64,000 nt of DNA, from the NCBI GenBank assembly GCA_038087875.1, contig CM075998.1, positions 558,001 to 622,000 on the forward strand, written 5' to 3'. Position numbers and translations under genes: made by a program. The stretch comes from Malacoraja senta. Its lineage: Eukaryota. Of the stretch, positions 40,301 to 51,130 are shown piece by piece (the first letter of the stretch is position 1; every line of letters starts with the position of its first letter). The notes beneath the pieces are model-generated. The model searched no databases. It was not told the origin of the DNA and saw nothing but the letters and a program-made list of their open reading frames with translations.

Positions 40301-43300
40301 CAAGAGCAAGAGGTATTTCAAATCATACAACATTAACTCGAGTTTAAAACCTACAAAAGAAAATGAATGTATTTTAAATAAAACAATTCCTGCAAATTAT
40401 GGAAATTAAGGGATGTCTGTGGCAACCAATCACAAGGAAATTAAAACCACTTCGAGATGTCATGAACCAGATTCTATCAACCATTTCAAACACCCCCGAT
40501 TCAACAGGAGATACAACAAAGTGTTCATGACAAGTATACGAATTAGCACCAATATGGTTGGGTGCCCGATATTTGCAATTCCATCCAACACATTTTTACA
40601 GCTGCAAATACTTTAGAAAGTTCGCACTCAGTACCTTACCTTTTCACTTTCTTGTACTGCATTTAAGTCTATTTCTCTAACATGATTCTGAAGGCCCCCC
40701 AAAAGAACGGAGTTATTGTCAGTGAGAAGGAGGCTGTGCATGTCCTCCGCTTCATCCATACTAAATGTGGAAAAAAAGCATGCAGTTCAATATTTGGAAC
40801 AGACAAGAATATGTAAAAAAACACCAAACAGGCAAACAGAAAATGCAGGAAACACTCAGCAAGTGTTTACTTTGACGTTTTCTCTTCCTTCTTAGAGGTG
40901 CCAACTCATTCTGAAATACAATGACAGAAGTGTCAGCAGTCCTCAGATATCTCAAATGTTCATTCCTCATGCAAGTTTGAGTAATCACAAAAAGGTAAGC
41001 TATTTAAATGGCAGATTAAAGGCAATGTCTTGCAGCCATTTAATATGGTTCCTTACAGGTATCTACAGATCACTAGGCCAATGGTGGCACAAGACAAAGC
41101 AGCAATCAAGTCCCACAGGAACAGTAATTCAAATGAGGAACAAATATTCTAGTTAACACCTGCACAAAGGAGGGGGGGCGAAAACTTGGTGCGCTGGGGG
41201 AAAGATGGGAATAAAACTGCAGGTATACAAGCTTAGTAAATGTGTTCAGCTCTCTTCACTTAAATTTATAGTTTTACTTTAAAAACTGCAGGTGCAAATA
41301 TTTAAAAGAAACTTACACATAATCAAACATTATAAGACCTCCTCGAGTAAAGCACTTGAGATTATTCTTATTCAAAAAGAGCACTCCACTTTCTATGCTC
41401 TGTATCTGACGAATGTCATCTGTAGCATTAACTTGAAAGGAGGAGTATCGTTCCATAGTCGGACCAAAAAAGGAGGTTGCATGGCCCTAGAGAGAACGTT
41501 CATAAACAAATTTAGTTACGCATCTATGAAGGTACGGCTGAAGCACCAGCAAAACAAAAATCAGCTAATTAGTAGCATATCCTTTTTAGTTACATCAATG
41601 ACAATTCAAAAGACTTCGAATTTCATTTCAGATGTAGTTTAGGGTTACGCCCAAATCAATTATCTATACTGCAAGGTCATTTCAGCACACGCCTTGGTCA
41701 CTCCACAAAGCTGCAGAACATCTCAGAAGACCACCTTAACATCTCAGTTCAACTTTACAAAAAATAGTTTAAGTATACAAAGGCCTTCAAATGTTTAGGA
41801 ATGTTTTGGTGATGTTAGCAACCAATAAAACACAAACAAAAACAAAATGCATTGAGAACAACTTTTCAGAGAAGCTGTCCGCTTTTGTGTATGGTTCAAG
41901 ATCAACAGCACATAGATTTTAAGTGAAGGTTAAAAGATACAGTGTGGAGGTGAAAAGGGAAAAATGCAAGTAAAAAGCCTTTTTTGAAGCATACAAAGTG
42001 GTTATGATCTAGGAACAATCCATCTGCAAGTGGTGAAAACAGAGTCAACCAGAACTTTCAAAATTGAATTGGATCAGTACTCAAGGGAAAGATAATTTAG
42101 AGAAGTCATGGGATAAAGATGGAAGGAATGGACTGAATCAAGTGATCTACAGGAAGCCTGCATGGATTACGACACATCTATCTATAGTAAGAATTCCACG
42201 AGTTAATTTGAACTAACATTTAAACCACAGCTGGATGACCAGAACTGTGCACCGTACTCCAAGCGTGGTCTCGTCAATTACCTGTACAGTTGCAACATGA
42301 CGTCCCAACTCCTATATTCAATACCCCAATTGAATACCAACATTTAAACCACGACATGGCAAGTTCAATCAGGGCAGGAGTTGCACAGTAAATCCCAGGG
42401 CTCTGGAGTATGTTGTAGAACAGAGAGACCTAGGGTACAAGTAATTAGTTCCCTAAAAGTGGCAACACAGGTAGACAGGGCAGTGAAGGTGGAATTTGGC
42501 ATGGTTGCCTTCATCAATTGGGGTATTGAATACAGGAGTTGGGACGTCATGTTGCAACTGTAAAGGTCATTGGCGAGACCACACTTGGAGTATGGTGCAC
42601 AGCTCTGGTCATCCAGCTGTACAAAGAATATCATTGAGCTGAAAAGAAGTTTCACGTCGATGTTATGGGACTCGAGATCTTGAGTTATAAAGAGAGTCTG
42701 GATAGGCTGGGGCTTTGTTCCCTGGAGTGTAGATGAGTGACCTAACACGGGTATACAAGATCATGACAAGAGTCGGTAAGTTGGATAGTCAGTCATTTCC
42801 TGGGTTAAGGGAGTCTAATACTAGACGACTAAATTTAGACACAGGAAAGGCGAGGTGAAAGACTTAAAAGGGACTGATGAACAACTTTATCCACACAGAG
42901 GGTGGAGCATATATGGAACGAGACGCCAGAGAAAGTTGTAGAGGCAAGTACAATTACAACTTCTACAAGGTATATGGATAGGAGAGGTTAAGAGAGACAT
43001 GGGCAAAACACAAGCTTGAATAGACATCTGGTCAGTGTAGACATGTTGGGCCATTACACCTGTTTCCATGTTGTAGAACTCTAATGACTATAACAGTGGA
43101 AGGGGAAATATGATCTATAGTCACAATTATAAACCAAAGGTTGACATTGCATTTATATGCTTTTCACTGCTGCAGTGTATAGTTGCCTAGCTAGGAACAT
43201 GCCCATCTCTCACAAGCTGATGTGGGGAGAAGTTGAATGGGATTTGAGGATTATTTTTCAAATAAAAATGTTGGAAAAAAGCTTTCTGTTAATCTCCCAC

Positions 43301-44174
43301 AGCCACTCTTGCATCAGCAGTGGAGCAATGTGGAATTAAGCACTTTTCATTCCACATCCACCATTCATTCATTAATTAACATTCAAACATTTTTAGGGAT
43401 GTAACGAGGTTGAGTGCTGTCTGAGTTCTGGGAAGTGATCAGAGCCGTTAGATTAATTTCAACTGGATTAATCATTACATAAAAGGGGAAATTCCATGGT
43501 CCAAACAGCTGAGAAGTAATACATCATTCTTTCAAACCTAGAGCACAGCACATTGCACGTTCTAAACAGAAGCTCTTAACAGCTCAGTTTCAATCTTAAT
43601 GATATACATACACCGCATGTCATCCAGGCATTCTTTGCTTGTTCTTGATTCCTAAACCACTTAATTTTGTTACTTTAGATAGAGAAATAAAAGCAGAGTA
43701 GCAAATTGGTGCATTGTGAATTATCATCCTGCAGTTCTTGATCATCCTAGCTGCACAGAGAAGCGATGGAAATACAATCTCTTCTCCAGCACTGCCCAAA
43801 ATGTCCCTTCTAAACCAGGTATTGCCAATCTTTCTTGGTTGCAGAAGCTGTACTGTACTTACCCCATGATTTCCCACCCAAAGTAATTCATCTTGAAGGT
43901 CAAAATGCGATGCAGTTACAGGGACTCCAACTTCTGCAACGACTGTGTGTAGTTCTGAATACATGCCTTCCACAAGATGTACAGATTCAGACACAGAGAC
44001 CGACATGCCATCTAACTGGACACCTTCTCCTTCCAATTCCATATTCTGCAGCAAGGTCGGGTCAAGTCTGGGATCCAGCGAATGCTCAATTGAGCGGTCC
44101 AAGGAAGCACTGATGCCAGGATGCAGAGGCGAGGTGTATTCTCCAAGGCCAGAATCAAGACCATTAAAATTCAT
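10314..44174 (-). CDS. PAN2: PAN2 poly(A)-specific ribonuclease catalytic subunit (WD40, inactive UCH/USP and DEDD exonuclease domains); 25 coding exons, about 1205 aa
   Basis: Exons traced by hand with GT/AG boundaries and consistent phases; total 3618 nt. Motifs include [53 protein letters not shown] and [12 protein letters not shown]. The terminal exon is less certain. Confidence 0.97.
12594..12794 (-). CDS. PAN2: PAN2 coding exon 24
   Basis: [21 protein letters not shown]...[14 protein letters not shown]; 201 nt. Confidence 0.95.
13340..14285 (-). mobile_element. Degenerate CR1 LINE
   Basis: Antisense [12 protein letters not shown] and a 3' end of type aacataagaacataggagcaggagta. Confidence 0.7.
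13768..13860 (+). repeat. Short Penelope terminal-repeat insertion with 14-bp target-site duplication
   Basis: ACTCTTGAATGTCT at 13758-13771 and 13860-13873. Confidence 0.8.
14433..14526 (-). CDS. PAN2: PAN2 coding exon 23
   Basis: [31 protein letters not shown]; 94 nt. Confidence 0.95.
16729..16897. repeat. Palindromic Penelope-derived element (ribozyme core deleted)
   Basis: Inverted arms gacacaaaat...tcaggcagcatc and gatgctgcttga...attttgtgtc. Confidence 0.7.
17769..17948 (-). CDS. PAN2: PAN2 coding exon 22
   Basis: [17 protein letters not shown]...[14 protein letters not shown]; 180 nt. Confidence 0.95.
18363..18506 (-). CDS. PAN2: PAN2 coding exon 21
   Basis: [29 protein letters not shown]...[11 protein letters not shown]; 144 nt. 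Confidence 0.95.
18620..18777 (-). CDS. PAN2: PAN2 coding exon 20
   Basis: [29 protein letters not shown]...[13 protein letters not shown]; 158 nt. Confidence 0.95.
19398..19488 (-). CDS. PAN2: PAN2 coding exon 19
   Basis: [30 protein letters not shown]; 91 nt. Confidence 0.9.
20050..20109 (-). CDS. PAN2: PAN2 coding exon 18
   Basis: [20 protein letters not shown]; 60 nt. Confidence 0.93.
20970..21107 (-). CDS. PAN2: PAN2 coding exon 17
   Basis: [15 protein letters not shown]...[19 protein letters not shown]; 138 nt. Confidence 0.93.
22486..22627 (-). CDS. PAN2: PAN2 coding exon 16
   Basis: [47 protein letters not shown]; 142 nt. Confidence 0.88.
22820..23955 (+). mobile_element. Degenerate Rex1/Babar-type LINE RT and 3' end
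   Basis: Remnants of [29 protein letters not shown] and [10 protein letters not shown]. Confidence 0.75.
24140..24213 (-). CDS. PAN2: PAN2 coding exon 15
   Basis: [24 protein letters not shown]; 74 nt; phase fits neighbouring exons, sequence poorly conserved. Confidence 0.8.
25062..25160 (-). CDS. PAN2: PAN2 coding exon 14
   Basis: [33 protein letters not shown]; 99 nt. Confidence 0.92.
26155..26261 (-). CDS. PAN2: PAN2 coding exon 13
   Basis: [35 protein letters not shown]; 107 nt. Confidence 0.92.
27304..27452 (-). CDS. PAN2: PAN2 coding exon 12
   Basis: [32 protein letters not shown]...YPDINTA; 149 nt. Confidence 0.92.
27929..28128 (-). CDS. PAN2: PAN2 coding exon 11
   Basis: [21 protein letters not shown]...[15 protein letters not shown]; 200 nt. 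Confidence 0.93.
28263..28500 (+). mobile_element. CR1 3' fragment
   Basis: ggaacatgccatcaagggagatggtggaagcagatgcaatag...catttagac. Confidence 0.5.
28654..28782 (-). CDS. PAN2: PAN2 coding exon 10
   Basis: [10 protein letters not shown]...[24 protein letters not shown]; 129 nt. Confidence 0.93.
29120..30100 (+). mobile_element. Old CR1 fragments
   Basis: Degenerate matches to the CR1 ORF2 end and 3' UTR seen at 45300-45800 and 47205-47625. Confidence 0.55.
30326..30445 (-). CDS. PAN2: PAN2 coding exon 9
   Basis: [40 protein letters not shown]; 120 nt. Confidence 0.95.
31132..31251 (-). CDS. PAN2: PAN2 coding exon 8
   Basis: VPYKLKEMD...[10 protein letters not shown]...VPKKYRK; 120 nt. Confidence 0.93.
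31800..32398 (-). mobile_element. CR1 LINE 3' end
   Basis: [20 protein letters not shown]...ERLSRLELY...[11 protein letters not shown]. Confidence 0.88.
32828..34631. mobile_element. Cluster of GC-rich non-autonomous elements with Rex/Babar-like 3' stem-loop tails
   Basis: A + copy at 33367-34183 ends in a hairpin, aatgacaaataaa and (aatctct)n. An inverted related tail lies at 32828-33030; related GC-rich pieces lie at 33039-33219 and 34184-34631. Confidence 0.65.
34632..34883 (+). mobile_element. Internally deleted HE1/V-type SINE; 5' part duplicated at 33220-33366
   Basis: gagacccgggttcaatc B box, ccaaagacatgcagg core and CR1-like tail. Confidence 0.75.
34901..35192 (+). mobile_element. 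Full-length tRNA-derived SINE (HE1/V-SINE type)
   Basis: ggtggcgcagcggtagag A box, ggttcgatccc B box, V-domain-like core and tail gggcctgtttccacactgtatctctaaact. Confidence 0.88.
35551..35647 (-). CDS. PAN2: PAN2 coding exon 7
   Basis: [32 protein letters not shown]; 97 nt. Confidence 0.93.
36954..37296 (-). CDS. PAN2: PAN2 coding exon 6
   Basis: [10 protein letters not shown]...[14 protein letters not shown]; 343 nt. Confidence 0.95.
38283..38550 (-). CDS. PAN2: PAN2 coding exon 5
   Basis: VSLRDLR...[25 protein letters not shown]...AIISQS; 268 nt. Confidence 0.95.
38795..38982 (-). mobile_element. tRNA-derived SINE, 5' part
   Basis: Reverse complement reads gcacagtggtgcagctggtagagccgctgcctc...ccaggtttgatcctgacc. 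Confidence 0.75.
39335..39670 (+). mobile_element. CR1 3' fragment
   Basis: gacctgatagaagtttataaaattatgagaggcatagatagg ([11 protein letters not shown]). Confidence 0.7.
39951..40028 (-). CDS. PAN2: PAN2 coding exon 4
   Basis: [26 protein letters not shown]; 78 nt. Confidence 0.93.
40640..40760 (-). CDS. PAN2: PAN2 coding exon 3
   Basis: [14 protein letters not shown]...VQESEK; 121 nt. Confidence 0.93.
41317..41486 (-). CDS. PAN2: PAN2 coding exon 2
   Basis: [10 protein letters not shown]...RGGLIMFDY; 170 nt; AG/GT boundaries. Confidence 0.93.
42355..43092 (+). mobile_element. CR1 LINE 3' portion
   Basis: [18 protein letters not shown]...[13 protein letters not shown] followed by the 3' UTR. 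Confidence 0.8.
43863..44174 (-). CDS. PAN2: PAN2 coding exon 1
   Basis: ATG at 44174; MNFNGLDSG...LWVGNHG followed by gtaagt. Confidence 0.95.
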
Positions 44175-44864
44175 GGTTTACTCTGGGGATGCAAAAGACA
44201 CATAATAAAAGCAACTCCAGACAATATACACATATTTTCAGTGTTATTAACCAGTGTTGATTTGCAGCGAAAAATACTAAGTTTTCTCATCTGACAATAC
44301 CCTTCCCTACAAACTGCACAGCTGAGAGATTCTGTTACTGCACTATGCAGGCCAGACAAAGGACACACTATTTCACTCGCACCTCTGTCAAATACTGGAC
44401 ACTTTTTTTAAACTTTAGAAAGTTTCCACACGTATATCAGTGCTGGTGCTTGTGTATCACTGCACAGCAAAGGTAACAGTGTACAAATGCACAAACTATA
44501 AAGTCAAATGTGTAAATCCATAATCTACCATGGAAGATATTTGAACTGAAAGTAAAACCACAACTCTTCCAAGGTCTAGCAGTGCAATATGCAAGGCAAC
44601 AGACATAACAGAGACAAAGCACGTGCAAGGATTCAGCTAACTCCCACACCTGCTTATGAGCCAAACAAGGAGCTAGCTTTTTTGTACATCTTCATCATTC
44701 TATGGTGCTCGTGATACAACTCCCCATAACTTTGATTTTACATTAATCACCAATCATCCACACAAGACACTTTCTCCAGTCATAAATTGACAAGAAATAT
44801 ATATTTTTTAATTATGTTTAGCATTATTTGGCCAGGGAAATCACAAAAGCAAATACCACAAATG

Positions 44865-45815
44865 TACAGGATTAGTAAGTTTGCAGATGACACTAAAGAG
44901 GGTGGTATTCTAGATAGCAAAGATGGTCATCAAAAATTACAATGGGATCTTGATGAGTTGGGCAAGTGAGCAGAGGAATGGCTAATGGAGTTTAATGCAG
45001 ATAAATGGGAGGTGTTGCATTTTGGGAAGTCTAACCAGGGCAGGACGTTCACAGTGAATGGCAAGGATCTGGGAAGATTTGTAGAGAAGAGGGATCTAAG
45101 AGTGCAGGTACATAGTTCCTTGAAAGTAGCGGCACAGGTGAATAAGTTAGTCAAGCAGGCTTTCACAACATTGGCCTTCATTAGTCAGGGTTTTGAGTAC
45201 AGAACTTGGGTGATATGTTACAGCTGTACAAGACACTGGTGATGCGACAGTTGGAGTATTGTGTTCAGATTTGGTTGTCCTGGTATGTAGGAAAGATGTT
45301 AAAATGGAAAGAGTGCAGAGAAAACGTACAAGGATGTTGCCAGGATTTGCGGGTCTGAGCTGTAGGGAGAGGTTGGGCAGACAAGGACTGTATTCCGTGG
45401 AGCATAGGAGAATGAGTGGTGATCTTATACAGGTGTACAGGATCATGAGGGAAATAGATAGGGTAGATGCACAGACTTTTTTTTTTTTTTTTAAATACAC
45501 AGAGTAGGGTGATCAAGAACCAGGTTTAAGATTAGAGGGGAAAGATCTCATGATAATCTGAGGGGCAACTTTTTCCACAGAGAGTGGTGTGTATATGGAA
45601 TGAGCTGCCAGAAGTGTGTAAATGGAAGCAATTAGTTGGTATGGTAGTTGAGGCAGAAACTATAACAACATTTAAAAGACATTTGAACAGGTACATGGAT
45701 AGAAAAAGGTTTAAAGGGATATGGGCAAAACACGAGCAAGTGGGACAAGTGTAGATGGGGCACCTTGGTCAGCATGGGCATGCTGGGCTGAATGGCCCGT
45801 TTCTGTACTGTAGGA
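44865..45815 (+). mobile_element. CR1 LINE RT to 3' end
   Basis: ISKFADDTK, MEFNADK.EVLHFG and MERVQRK.TRMLPG. Confidence 0.9.
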
Positions 45816-47204
45816 TTATAAATGAAGCATTGATACAAGCATTTGATTTACACTTACCACTGACTTCCAAAGTCCAATCTTCCATGTATTTCTAAACACG
45901 TCAAAGCTGCAAAATAAGAGATCAACAGTATTGGGAGAGGAATTTAGAAAAGAAAAATCACTCCAAATTACAACCCATTTCTAATCAAAGTAATTACATA
46001 ACTATTCTGAAGAAACACATTCACATCCTGGGAACATTTCCCCAAAAACATATGAAAACAGAAGTCCAAGCTTTTCCTTTTCAAAACATATTAATACCTT
46101 GCTGAGTCACAATGTATTCGTTAAGGTAAATATTGCTGAACAATTCAACACCAGGGAACATCACAGCCTATTGACTTCATTCCATATACACAGTTGCATA
46201 TCTCCAGGAGCCAGTTACTGGATCGTGAACAGGAGTGAAAACCCTGACCAAGTTTCCACTTTGAACCAAGTGATACCAATTCAAATAATTGAAATTTACT
46301 GCGCCGTCCGAAGTAAGTGCACCAATGCTAACTTGATAGCTCTGTTAATGGGTTTGCTACTTGCTGAATAAATAAGTTATAAGGAATTGCTTAAAGTAAA
46401 ATATTCAGTTAAATTTAGTAAATTCAGCTAAGACATACCAATGAAACAAGCAGATAAACAAAGAGCTTCAGGAATTGAACTGAGGCAGGGTCCAACATAA
46501 AGCATGTCTAAATTATTTCAAAGAAGCAGGTGGAGATAAACAGCTGAAATTTGCTATTAATTCAAATCTCATATAAACATAAAAGTTGCCAAATTGGAAT
46601 CAAAGTGCACCAGGAGAGGCTGCCTGTTCTTTCATAAAATGCCTATTACAAATATCACTCTCACAACCAAGACAAATACCAAGAACTCACTGACAGCTGA
46701 ATGCTCCCATCAATACAGTCTGCTTTAAATGTAGTCACTGACATTTTCAATATTTAAAATTGTATGCATTGCAATGGTCAAAAAGAAAACATGCTGCATG
46801 AAACTCCTAATAGTAAAATAATCTCCACTTAAAAAAAGTCCCAAAAGCTTAATAACAGGAAATTAAATGGTATTCTGATCAAAAATAGAATAAATTTTAA
46901 GGGCAGAAAAGGTAGGTCAGGAATCGAGTCTAATATCTACTAAAGCCTTGACCCTTTAAATTACTGGACCTTTGAATCCAGAGAAATCACGATTGCTTAG
47001 TGTTATGCCAATGTAGAACAAAACAGATATTTCTAAATGTAGCGTTAGGAAAGTGGAAGTTGACTACAAGATGCTGTGATCACATATCACAGCATAATAT
47101 AGCAATACAATTTTTAGTATTCTTCATGCAGATTGTTATATCACTTACATAAAATATATGGTTGTAGGAAAAAAAAACACAATAAAACAAGACAACAAAA
47201 CAAC

Positions 47205-47625
47205 ATCGCTGAAATTTAGAAGGATGAGAGGATATCTTATAGAAACATATAAAATTCTTAGAGGATTGGACAGGGTAGATGCAGGAAAAATGTTCCCAGT
47301 GTTGAGGGAGTCCAGAACCAGGGGTCACAGTTTAAGAATAAGGGGTAGGCCATTTAGGACTGAGATGAGTAAAAACTTTTTCACCCAGAGAGTTGTGAAT
47401 CTGTGAAATTCTCTGCCACAGAAGGCAGTGGAGGTCAATTCACTAGATGTTTTCAAGAGAGAGTTAGATTTAGCTCTATGGGCTAAGAGAATCAAGGGAT
47501 ATGGGGAAAAAGCCAGAACGAGGTACTGATTTTGGATGATCAACCATGATCATATTGAACTATTGCTGGCTCGAAGCGCCGAATGGCCTACTCCTGCACC
47601 TATTTTCTATGTTTCTATGTTTCTA
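47205..47625 (+). mobile_element. Young CR1 LINE 3' end
   Basis: RMRGYLIETYKILRGLDRVD...FFTQRVVNL with a (ctatgttt)n tail. Confidence 0.9.
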
Positions 47626-47829
47626 ACTGAACGGTCTCACTGTATAATGACCAAAGGACATCAAGAGGAGCGACCAACAAAAGTGGGCAAATAATGTGCA
47701 TTTGTTAAGAATTAGCTCAAATGGAAAAAGAAGAAATAAATAAATAAATGCATCTTAACACCGCATTTCATGGCACTTCAGAACACTACACAGTACTTTA
47801 ACCAATTATATATTTCAGAAATGTAGATA

Positions 47830-48145
47830 ACTTATACAATGTGGAAAACACAGAAGACCACAGCAAGCTCCCAGAACCTTGTGATAATTGCCAGATGAAA
47901 TCTAGATATGTTCATTTTGGGGTAAACATTGGCCCAAAGGCATAAGGGAATAATACCCCTGTTCTTCCGAATACCACAAAGGGACCCTTTACATCCACCG
48001 AGAATGTAGACAGAGTATAACACTTCATTCTAGAATGACCCCTCCGACAATGTATGGCTGCCTCAGTACCACAATGTCAGCCCGGATGTGTGTGCTCTGG
48101 AATAGGGACTTAAACTAAGAATCTACTTGCAAGAGTGACACCCAC
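47830..48145 (-). mobile_element. Deu-domain SINE (SacSINE1/AmnSINE-like), degenerate
   Basis: Reverse complement contains gtactgaggcagc...gtcggaggg...ggtggatgtaaaagggtccc, resembling the Deu core; a related + copy lies at 53470-53700. Confidence 0.6.
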
Positions 48146-48237
48146 AGAGTTACAGTCGGAAAGATCAACACAGAGGGAAAAAATGACATTAACTCTCATG
48201 GGCCTTCGAGCAAGTAAAAACTTCAAGAAAACCACAG

Positions 48238-48335
48238 ATGGACACAAAGTGCTGGAGTAACTCAGCGGGACTGGCAGCACCTCTGCAGAGAAGGAATGGG
48301 TGACATTTCGGGTCGAACCCCCTCTTCAGACTGAG
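48238..48335 (-). repeat. Penelope terminal-repeat fragment with degenerate hammerhead core
   Basis: Reverse complement reads gtCTGAAGAgggggttcgacccGAAAtGTCaccc. Confidence 0.7.
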
Positions 48336-48653
48336 ATAACCATGTTTATTTCTAAAAATCAAAACTTCGGACATATCACGTAGAATCAACTCTGATGCCA
48401 GTATGTCCAGTACCGCACAAAAACACGTAACTGATATGTTAACATCTAACGGACATTTCCCATTGTTCTGACTTCCAGATCTCAAAGAGCTCTGGCCATA
48501 TTCTCCTTTCAGCGATGGTCAACGACATAGACGTTGAGACCCGAGTTAAAATGTCAACCAGGCCCAGCTACATCTCTGGGGTGTTCTTCCTGATTACTTC
48601 TTTTCTTATTCTGTTTTCGCAGCCCATTCATTGCGTTTCAGTATTAAACCTAC

Positions 48654-48910
48654 CAGCGCTTCTTCTTTGACATTTATCATATCACACTGAATACAGATTA
48701 AAACATAAAATAATCAGACGGCGCAGGCCGAAGCTTCAAAACCGAACCAACTCCCCAGAAACTCGCAACCGCAGCTGCCTCTGTCCAGATTGACAGCCAC
48801 ATGATCCAATCATCTGTTTGCAAACCATTATTGTTTATATGTTTCAACCAATGGAAGCGGTGGAAGAAGGCGGGGCTTATACTGGCACGTGTACGGAAGC
48901 CGCATGGAGA
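48654..48910 (-). promoter_or_regulatory. Probable PAN2 promoter and non-coding exon 1
   Basis: CpG-retaining, non-repeat segment with CCAAT (48806, 48848), GC box (48869-48875), CACGTG (48886-48891) and ETS CGGAAG (48894-48899). A minus-strand donor CTG|gtaggt lies at 48654/48653. Confidence 0.6.
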
Positions 48911-49049
48911 ATTGACTCTCGCACATCCAAAATTAAATTGAGTTGTAGGGGATAATCACAAAGAGATGGAGAAGGAGGGCATCTACACCTCTCAATGGTA
49001 GCTGGGGAATTCATATTTGGGTTAATAGTCAAGAATGAAAATGAGGCAA

Positions 49050-50058
49050 CTGATACTGTACCAAAACTCCAAAGTCGTAGATCATCTCCAAACTTGGAGT
49101 CAGCACTCACCTCCGCAACTGGATCCCCAGACTTCCTGACCCAACAGACCACAATCAGTGAAGATAGGGGACAAATCATCCTCTACGATAATCCTCAACA
49201 CTGCATTCTCAGCCCCTTTCTTTACTCCTTGTACACCCACGACTGTTCAGCCAAATACAAATCCAACTCAATTTACAAATTTGCAGACGACACCACCGTA
49301 GTGGGTCGGATATTAAATAATGACGAGACGGAGTACAGTAAGAAGATTGAGAACCTCGTAACCTGGTGCCAAGACAACAACCTTTCCCTCAATGTCAGCA
49401 TGGCAAAGAGAGTGTGATTGTAGTTAGGAAGCAAAGCAGTACACATACACATACATTGACGGTGCTGAAATAGAGATGGTTGAAAGCTTCAAGTTTTATG
49501 TAAGGAGTAAATATCACCAGCAACTTGTCCTGAACCAGCCATGTCGAAGCAACAGCCAAGAAAGCACACCAATGCCTCTACTTCCTTGGAAGGCTTAGGG
49601 AGTTTGGCATGTCCCCAACAACTCTCACCATCACACAAACAAACATCCCTTCCATTGACTCCATCTACACTTCATGCTGCCTCAGCAAGGCCACCAGCAT
49701 AATCAAGGACCAGTCTCACCCCAGACACTCTCTTGTTCCCTCTCCCATCAGGCAAGAAATTAAAACGTACACCTCCAGATTCCAGGGCAATTTCTTCCAA
49801 GCTGCTACTGGGTAGCTGAACCATCCTTTCACCCACTAAAGAGTGGTTTTGATCTGCCATTGGTGACCCTCAGACTATCTTTAATTAGACTTTACTGGAC
49901 TTTATCTTGCACTGAACATTATTCCCTTTATCCTGTATCTGTACACTATGGACGGCTTGACTGTAATCACATGTAGTCTTTCTGCTGACTAGATAGCACG
50001 CAACAAAAAAGCTTTTTGCTGTACCTCGGTACACGTGACAAAATACTAAACTAAACAA
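49050..50058 (+). mobile_element. Rex1/Babar-type LINE RT and 3' end
   Basis: PQHCILSPFLYSLYTHDC, IYKFADDTTVVG and WCQDNNLSLNVS; tail gtacctcggtacacgtgacaa...(ctaaa)n. Confidence 0.85.
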
Positions 50059-50234
50059 AGTCGGGTTTGGCAGATGATGATTGAGATGAAGATAAGCCAA
50101 TGAAAGCTGGAGAGGATCAAAAGAGTAGCGGGAAACAGTGAATCCAGCGATAGGACAGTAGCTTGGAGGTCATGCCCTTAACTTATTTATTGGGAAAATG
50201 AACTTCCAAAAAAGTATAAAGAAGCCATCTAAAG

Positions 50235-51130
50235 AAAATGCTGTAAGCACTCAACAGGTTAGGCTTCATCCCTGGAAAGAGAAACAATTCATACTTCAAC
50301 TTGAAGACCATTCGTCAGAACTGGAAAAAGGGGTTAGCTTTAAATTGCAAAAAGAGTGGTAGGGAATGGATAGGAGAAAGGGAATAGCTCTGATAGGGTG
50401 AGGCCAGGGTTGTCATACAGATAAACTGTAGATGGTCTGATATGTTAATGGAAATGAGAGAAAGTTAGCATGACGAAAGAATCATAAAAGCTATAAAATG
50501 AAGGCAGTTAGCGAGCACACAAACAAAGAACATAAAAGCTATGAAACGCTAAGCTGTAGGAAATGTCCAACAGGTTTGGCGGGTGCTAAGGGAGAGAAAA
50601 CAAAAAAGGGTCAATATTACAGATTGATGACCTACATTAAACTGCCCACTTCTAATTCATACAGAGAGCACAAGTTATCTCTAGTGATAAACCCAACATT
50701 GAGTCCAGAAGGCTACAAAGTTCCCAGATGGAAGATGAGGAGGTATTCTTCAATCTTACCTTGGATCTCTGTCTCCATCTCAGTGAATAGATTAGTGACA
50801 AACATCCAATACAATACCACAGATCCCCACGGCTATCTCAACTGTATTTTCTGCTTCCTGCAAGGACTCCATTTTATTCTCTCAGTCCCTCAGTCTCCGT
50901 CACATCTGCTCCGACAACAAAACTGTCAACACAGGTGCCTCTTAAATTCATTCTTCCTGAATCATGGCTTCCAATCTACCATAACTGGTAGAACCCTTGA
51001 CCAAATCTCATCGATTTTCCACACCTGGACAGAGCAAGGATTCACTTTCCACTTTGCATTCAACCAAATATCTCTCGTAATTTCCACCACCTTCAAGAAG
51101 ATTTCACCATCAGAGACATCTTCCCCTCCT
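50235..51130. mobile_element. Old rearranged Penelope fragments
   Basis: Degenerate terminal repeat at 50240-50330 and a remnant resembling YKPTDSHGYL (IQYNTTDPHGYL). Confidence 0.55.

Noticed and set aside
43486-43495. Perfect NF-kB site GGGAAATTCC in a PAN2 intron
   Set aside because: Isolated motif with no supporting cluster.
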